The notes under the pieces were generated by a model. That model was not told the origin of the DNA, did not search any database, and was given only the letters and a program-made list of their open reading frames with translations. Source: Macrostomum lignano (Eukaryota). Taken from it: 36,111 nt of DNA. The translations under genes were made by a program, and so were the position numbers. The first letter of the stretch is position 1. Each line of letters begins with the position of its first letter. This document shows, in pieces, positions 35,206-36,111 of this stretch. Where the stretch lies: NCBI GenBank assembly GCA_002269645.1, contig NIVC01004753.1, forward strand, positions 1-36,111. The letters run 5' to 3'.

Positions 35206-35749
35206 ATATTATTGTGCAAGAAAAAAGAAGAATCAAAGCAGCAACAGCAACTGAAAAAATGAAACAATAAAAAGAGTGAATATTTTGCGCAGAAAAAATA
35301 CCATTAATTCACTGCGCAGGCGTTTGTTGACTGAGAATTGCTGAGCAAATTTGGCGCGTTGTGCTTTTCTTTAAGTATAAATAATATTTAATAACCAATG
35401 TTCAATTATAAAGTGCATCCGCCTATAACAGGGGTCGAGAAACTCATCTCTATACCCACTCTGGTTTTGCTTGACCCCTTTGTTGTGTCATTTTAATTTC
35501 ATTTCTTGTCGCTGTTTTCAATGAAGTCATCTGCTTCAATCGACAATATTTGTCTATCTGTATGTGTTATCTAATTATAATAAGATAATAATAATAGGCT
35601 TGTTGTAATTAAATTGCTGGTCTGCCATCCACGATGGGATGCAGCGATCAATGAATTGATTGTCTTGTATTCTTTGTTTTATTTCGTTACGCAGGGTAGG
35701 TCTTTTTAGAATTTTTAATAACATTCTAAGCGATTGAATTTCTGTGTTA

Positions 35750-36111
35750 TTAGCATTCTAGTTAGGATTTCTGTGTTATAGCATTCTAGAGGATGGGATT
35801 TCTGTGTTATTAGCCATTCTAGAGGATGGGGTTATTAGCATTCTAGAGGATGGATTCTGTGTTATTTAGCATTCTAGAGGATGGGATTTCTGTGTTATTA
35901 GCATTCTAGAGGATGGGATTTCTGTGTTATTAGCATTCTAGAGGATGGATTTCGTGTTATTAGCATTCTAGAGGATGGGATTTCTGTGTTATTAGCATTC
36001 TAGAGGATGGATTTCTGTGTTATTTAAGCATTCTAGAGGATGGGATTTGCTGTTTATTAGCATTCTAGAGGATGGGATTTCTGTGTTATTAGCATTCTAG
36101 AGGATGGGATT
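35750..36111. repeat. ~32-bp minisatellite (TAGCATTCTAGAGGATGGGATTTCTGTGTTAT), truncated by the window end
   Basis: About 11 tandem copies. Confidence 0.94.

Noticed and set aside
35429-35480. Tiny CAGGGGTCGAGAAAC...GCTTGACCCCT inverted repeat resembling hAT ends
   Set aside because: Too short and degenerate, with no TSD identified.
24795-36111. CRISPR-like appearance of the 27-38-bp repeats
   Set aside because: Repeats are head-to-tail with no unique spacers, the context is eukaryotic, and there are no cas genes.

Overview
Repeat-rich eukaryotic (animal) genomic DNA. The gene content, GC-rich polyQ exons and dense minisatellites resemble a Macrostomum-type flatworm, but this is inference. 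Left half: seven exons of a Cys-loop GABA-A receptor beta-like subunit (LCCH3 type, +; 5' exons lie outside the window), with introns full of minisatellites and TE relics. Middle: a disabled intronless DEG/ENaC channel gene (-), a possible second N-terminal relic, and several TSD-flanked DNA transposon derivatives (732-bp foldback element, MULE relic with a nested MITE, hAT-type MITE). Right half: three co-oriented + strand genes. These are an intronless ADF/cofilin CDS, a 210-aa disordered ORF carrying securin-like motifs (top finding) and a three-exon PABPN1 whose first intron holds an intact DD34D mariner inserted into a minisatellite. About ten unrelated minisatellite arrays produce most of the spurious ORFs in the track. 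No CRISPR array, rRNA or bona fide tRNA gene was seen.
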